Under the pieces are notes generated by a model. It saw only the letters and a list, made by a program, of their open reading frames with translations, made no database searches and had not been told where the DNA came from. Both the position numbers and the translations under genes were made by a program. Source: Hamiltosporidium tvaerminnensis FI-OER-3-3 (lineage: Eukaryota; Fungi; Microsporidia). From it: a stretch of DNA of 64,000 bases. Shown piece by piece: positions 61,101-64,000 of this stretch (positions are counted from its first letter, which is position 1; each line of letters begins with the position of its first letter). Location of the stretch: positions 1,302,001 to 1,366,000 of the forward strand of contig CM061247.1 in assembly GCA_022605425.2 (NCBI GenBank), given 5' to 3'.

Positions 61101-64000
61101 CATATCATTATTCTCCCCACACGCTAACATACTATATCTCTCTATAAACTCCTCTATGTACATGTCCTGTGGATATGTATTCTTACACATCTCTATAGTC
61201 TCTAACACCCCACATGCTTTTAACTGTTTAATAACGTATAAACTATCAAATCCTCTAACACCTGGTTTTATACATCTGATATAATGTATATGTGTACCTC
61301 TTATTTTCTTAAAAAGAATATCAATAGAGTTTTTAAAATAAGCAACAGCAGTGGTATTGTTAGGGATATGGGTGTTATTAGTATTGTTACTATCTTTATT
61401 ACTATCCTTATAACCTTTACTGTTATAACCATCTATACTGTTATTACTACTTTTATTACTAACACCCCCTACATCCATACTACTATTACTAACACCCCCT
61501 ACATCCCTACTACTATTACTAACACCCCCTACATCCCTACTACTATTACTAACACCCCCTACATCCCTACTACTATTACTAACACCCCCTACATCCCTAC
61601 TACTATTACTATCCCTTATCTCCCTTATAAACCCATTATTAATACTACAAATAACACCCTTACAACACTTCTCTCTATTCTTCTCTATAAACCCTTTAAG
61701 TTCATATTCAACAGGACATGCATAATGTTTAACAATAACAGTATTATCCTTCTTATTCTTAATAAGACTTTTATTATTATTATTATATTTATATATCTTA
61801 TTATATAACCCATTAATACTACCTATTGTATTTATACTTTCTTCGTTTATAAGATTTGCTATTCCATACTTAGATTCTATCAAGTCAATACATGTGTTAG
61901 TATTAGTACTAAGGGTGTTAGGGTTAATGGTGATAGGTAGGGTGTTATTATTAGTAGAGTTATTTAAAGGGGTGTTAGTAGTACTACTATAACTCTTATC
62001 ACCCTTCATACTACTATCACCCTCTATACTACTATCACCCTTCATACAAATATCACCCTTCATACAAATATCACTATTGTACCACTTTATACCCTCTGAC
62101 TCGTATAAGGCTTGTTTCTCTTTGAATAATGATATGATATACTCATCTTGTATCTTTTCATTTGCCCAGTTTATACAGAACTGATCAAATGTGTTATTCT
62201 TAAATACTTCAAAGCCATAAATATCAAGAATAGAAATAGAGGTAATGTTAGGTGTGTTATTAATAGGGTGTTGTGTAGTATAGTTATTAATAGGGTGTTG
62301 TTTATTAGTATTGTTATTAATAGGGTGTTGTGTAGTATGGTTATTAAAGGGGTGTATTGTATTAGTGCTTGTATTAATAGGGTGTTGTTTATTAGTATTG
62401 TTATTAAAGGGGTGTAATGTATTAGTATTGTTATTAACACCCTGTTGTTTATAACTACTAGTATTATCACCCTTATAATTACTACTCATATTACTAACAC
62501 CCTTCATATCCTTATAACTACTATCCTTATCATTATCACCCCCTACCATACCCCCTATATCACTACTACCCCTTAGCTTACTGTTAATATAACGTACTAT
62601 ATACTCAAACACCATAGAATATAAATTACGTGCTAAAGAATCTCTTAATGATTTAGCATTATCTATACTGTTATTTATAATAATTATTTCATTTTTATTT
62701 TTTATCTTTTTTATAAGTAAATATTCTTTAAGAATAGAAGGTGTTATTTTAAGTGTATTATAAATGAAATGTAAAGGGTTATTAATAGTAGTATTAGTAT
62801 TGTTAGTATGGTTGTTATCAGTATGGTTGTTGTTATTACTAGTATGGTTGTTGTTATTACTATTAACACCACTACTATTAACACCCTCACTACTATTAAC
62901 ACCCTCACTATCACTAACACCCTCACTATCACTAACACCCTCACTAGTACTAACACCCTCACTATCACTAACACCCTCACTAGTACTAACACCCTCACTA
63001 GTACTAACACCCTCACTAGTACTAACACCCTCACTAGGACTATCACCCTCACTAGTACTATCACCCTCACTACTACGGAAGTATGACCCGTTAGTTATTA
63101 TCACTCTATTCTCTTCTTCTATAAACTTTATACTTCCTAACGCTATAATACATAACAATAGGTCTTCTAATTCTTCTATAAAAGGAAATTCTAATACTTT
63201 AAGAGAATAAAGTGTGTTAGTATAGTCATGATAAGAGGAAGTATTGTTATTAGTAGTATGGGTAGTATGGTTGTTAGTATTACTACTAACCCTACTACTA
63301 CTATCCTTACTAACCTTAACACTATCCCTACTACTAACACTATCCCTAACTCCATCCTTACTAATACTAATGCTATCACTGGTGTTGTCTATGTAGTCAT
63401 TCTTAATATAAAGTTTCTTATAATTTAACACCTGATACATAATATGAAAATTACTTTCTAACGGTTGTTGGTGAGTAACACGGCTTTTTTCTAAAAGGTA
63501 TGTCTTAATAGAAGAATAAAGGGGTGTTAATATAGGTATATCATATGAGTTATTGTTATTTTTATAGTAAAGGGTTATTAATTTACCGTAACGTGAACTG
63601 TTGGTGTTAAGGGTTGTTTTTGCATTACCAAATGATTCTAGTAAAGGAGTAACGTATTTAAGATAAGATATGTTATTTATAGGGGACTTGGATATATTTG
63701 TAAGGTGGATATAAGGAGAAGTAGTTATGTTAGTAGTTATGTTAGTAGTCATGTTAGTAGTCATGTTAGTATTGTTAACAGGGTTATAAGTATTAGTACT
63801 GTTAGATACATGATTAACAGGGTTATAAGTATTAGTACTTATGTTAGTATTGTTAACAGGGTTATAAGTATTAGTACTGTTAGATACATGATTAACAGGG
63901 TTATAATCATTAGTACTTATGCTAACTCCCTTATAATTATCATACTCTTTACTAACACCCTTATAATTATCATACTGTTTACTAACACCCTTATAATTAT
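58200..64000 (-). CDS. Class V-type myosin heavy chain (motor + coiled coil + DIL domain) with ~10 large in-frame low-complexity inserts; N-terminus lies beyond the window end
   Basis: PLLESFGNAKTTLNTNSSRYGK, YLLEKSRV, ESNFHIMYQ, RDSLARNLY, ILDIYGFEVFKNNTFDQFCINWANEKIQ, HYIRCIKP, QLKACGVLETI, IGKTRIFF; DIL-like INSVSFNALL...RGIQINNNL. The frame stays open from 63764 to 64000 and the P-loop is not in the window. Confidence 0.95.
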   Translation of the reverse strand, partial: NYKGVSKQYDNYKGVSKEYDNYKGVSISTNDYNPVNHVSNSTNTYNPVNNTNISTNTYNPVNHVSNSTNTYNPVNNTNMTTNMTTNITTNITTSPYIHLTNISKSPINNISYLKYVTPLLESFGNAKTTLNTNSSRYGKLITLYYKNNNNSYDIPILTPLYSSIKTYLLEKSRVTHQQPLESNFHIMYQVLNYKKLYIKNDYIDNTSDSISISKDGVRDSVSSRDSVKVSKDSSSRVSSNTNNHTTHTTNNNTSSYHDYTNTLYSLKVLEFPFIEELEDLLLCIIALGSIKFIEEENRVIITNGSYFRSSEGDSTSEGDSPSEGVSTSEGVSTSEGVSTSEGVSDSEGVSTSEGVSDSEGVSDSEGVNSSEGVNSSGVNSNNNNHTSNNNNHTDNNHTNNTNTTINNPLHFIYNTLKITPSILKEYLLIKKIKNKNEIIIINNSIDNAKSLRDSLARNLYSMVFEYIVRYINSKLRGSSDIGGMVGGDNDKDSSYKDMKGVSNMSSNYKGDNTSSYKQQGVNNNTNTLHPFNNNTNKQHPINTSTNTIHPFNNHTTQHPINNNTNKQHPINNYTTQHPINNTPNITSISILDIYGFEVFKNNTFDQFCINWANEKIQDEYIISLFKEKQALYESEGIKWYNSDICMKGDICMKGDSSIEGDSSMKGDKSYSSTTNTPLNNSTNNNTLPITINPNTLSTNTNTCIDLIESKYGIANLINEESINTIGSINGLYNKIYKYNNNNKSLIKNKKDNTVIVKHYACPVEYELKGFIEKNREKCCKGVICSINNGFIREIRDSNSSRDVGGVSNSSRDVGGVSNSSRDVGGVSNSSRDVGGVSNSSMDVGGVSNKSSNNSIDGYNSKGYKDSNKDSNNTNNTHIPNNTTAVAYFKNSIDILFKKIRGTHIHYIRCIKPGVRGFDSLYVIKQLKACGVLETIEMCKNTYPQDMYIEEFIERYSMLACGENNDMLERDRGVNDNSTNYKGDNDKGSNYKGDNDNSTNYKGDNDKGSNYKGDNDSSTNYKGDNDKGSNYKGDNDKGSCIKGDNDNGSNYKGDSNKDKEQDLVNNSTNTLHPSIPNNTTVNNSIINIFNSLNDKTFLYKIGKTRIFFDYKLLGLLENKRIEYYKKHKIIVKGVILYLYLEGVKMCYNRLLVRVKGDIERRLNVRSMDVYDISNRCYTEDADDKGGVGSMDNRVEESSRDKGVLNNSRDKGVLNNSKDKGVINNSTISSRDKGVLNNSRDKGVLNNCTVSSSDKGVLNNSTVCSRDKGVLNNRSVSTNYKGVLNNSTISSSDKGMLNNSNQETLNTKYNPALDKLDFNILQETHNNSTDSVNIIKNITPFNHTPINNTSSSEINILKHKLKKYENFYKIPCKNCRALEVKYKAQTEALKDRNNLLIENESIKKELNRLKKEMNRNSVTGSDISSTYKGCNGNSVTGSNISNTSKECNSNTTSNNTSTTLTNNTINTISTISSITNTTSFDQERRIFLLKIQKLEEELKRLKTTPETPKIHFSNPYEIIGCLLEAFIQHCPTFTTDPLPKEEALSLAHTLYQSVLLLMNVRKDPSISELIGVIVDSVRDRIPLISNDIYKVCFILSNVIELKCIINNEILRHSKEGVSSKDSSGGLSNSSKDSLINNTSGSTSNTNTSYTSSSNSYVSNTSYSSNSTNPSTSTNTSYTNPSTNTYTKTPYFIPFCSDGVICELEEVIEVLFTCMVNYYRRVLMDYIPYSIIEYQGLKEFKCKEGFFNGWGGGGVSINKLVGVLDWMYGMLIFYCLPLNFCMEGVNYILKVINSVSFNALLVHKGVLCLNRGIQINNNLNFIEKFCRDIEYSEGVLNMGHIKSVVKLINYVNAGAKLETIMDECSFLNVLQVKILFSKFKKEECCYEVKVADFSMEKFIREPKVYVPGVKEYSYHTFSVPRFLPSKYISSILGNI

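Noticed and set aside
59065-63428. Overlapping and antisense ORFs rich in I/T/L/V within the myosin
   Set aside because: By-products of triplet-periodic repeats that lack stops in some frames
58940-64000. Myosin inserts as spliceosomal introns or inteins
   Set aside because: No consistent GT...AG boundaries resembling the RPL24 intron and no intein motifs; the frame is preserved without stops throughout

Overview
AT-rich eukaryotic DNA, most likely from a large-genome microsporidian (Hamiltosporidium-like). This is inferred from CCC motifs just upstream of ATGs, a 32-nt spliceosomal intron right after the RPL24 start, divergent LRR-like and secreted families, and repeat-swollen housekeeping proteins. 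Recognisable genes are the 5' end of a probable INO80 (running off the left edge), RPL24, an AVT/Aa_trans amino-acid transporter, YOP1/REEP, a probable ZW10/Dsl1 homologue and a class V-type myosin with a DIL domain (running off the right edge), plus several lineage-specific secreted or LRR-like genes and pseudogenes. Intergenic DNA is dense in retroelements: one full-length, TSD-flanked but disrupted R4/Dong-like non-LTR element (RT + CCHC + restriction-like endonuclease), two decayed relatives, RTE-clade remnants, two ~230-bp bipartite RTE-derived elements, and eight copies of a ~730-bp non-coding, TSD-flanked, apparently structured element. The most unusual signal is in the myosin: about ten in-frame low-complexity inserts each switch from a G-rich to a C-rich half, and in at least two the same direct repeat toggles between GGG and CCC across the switch. 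All family assignments are by eye from motifs; no database search was run.
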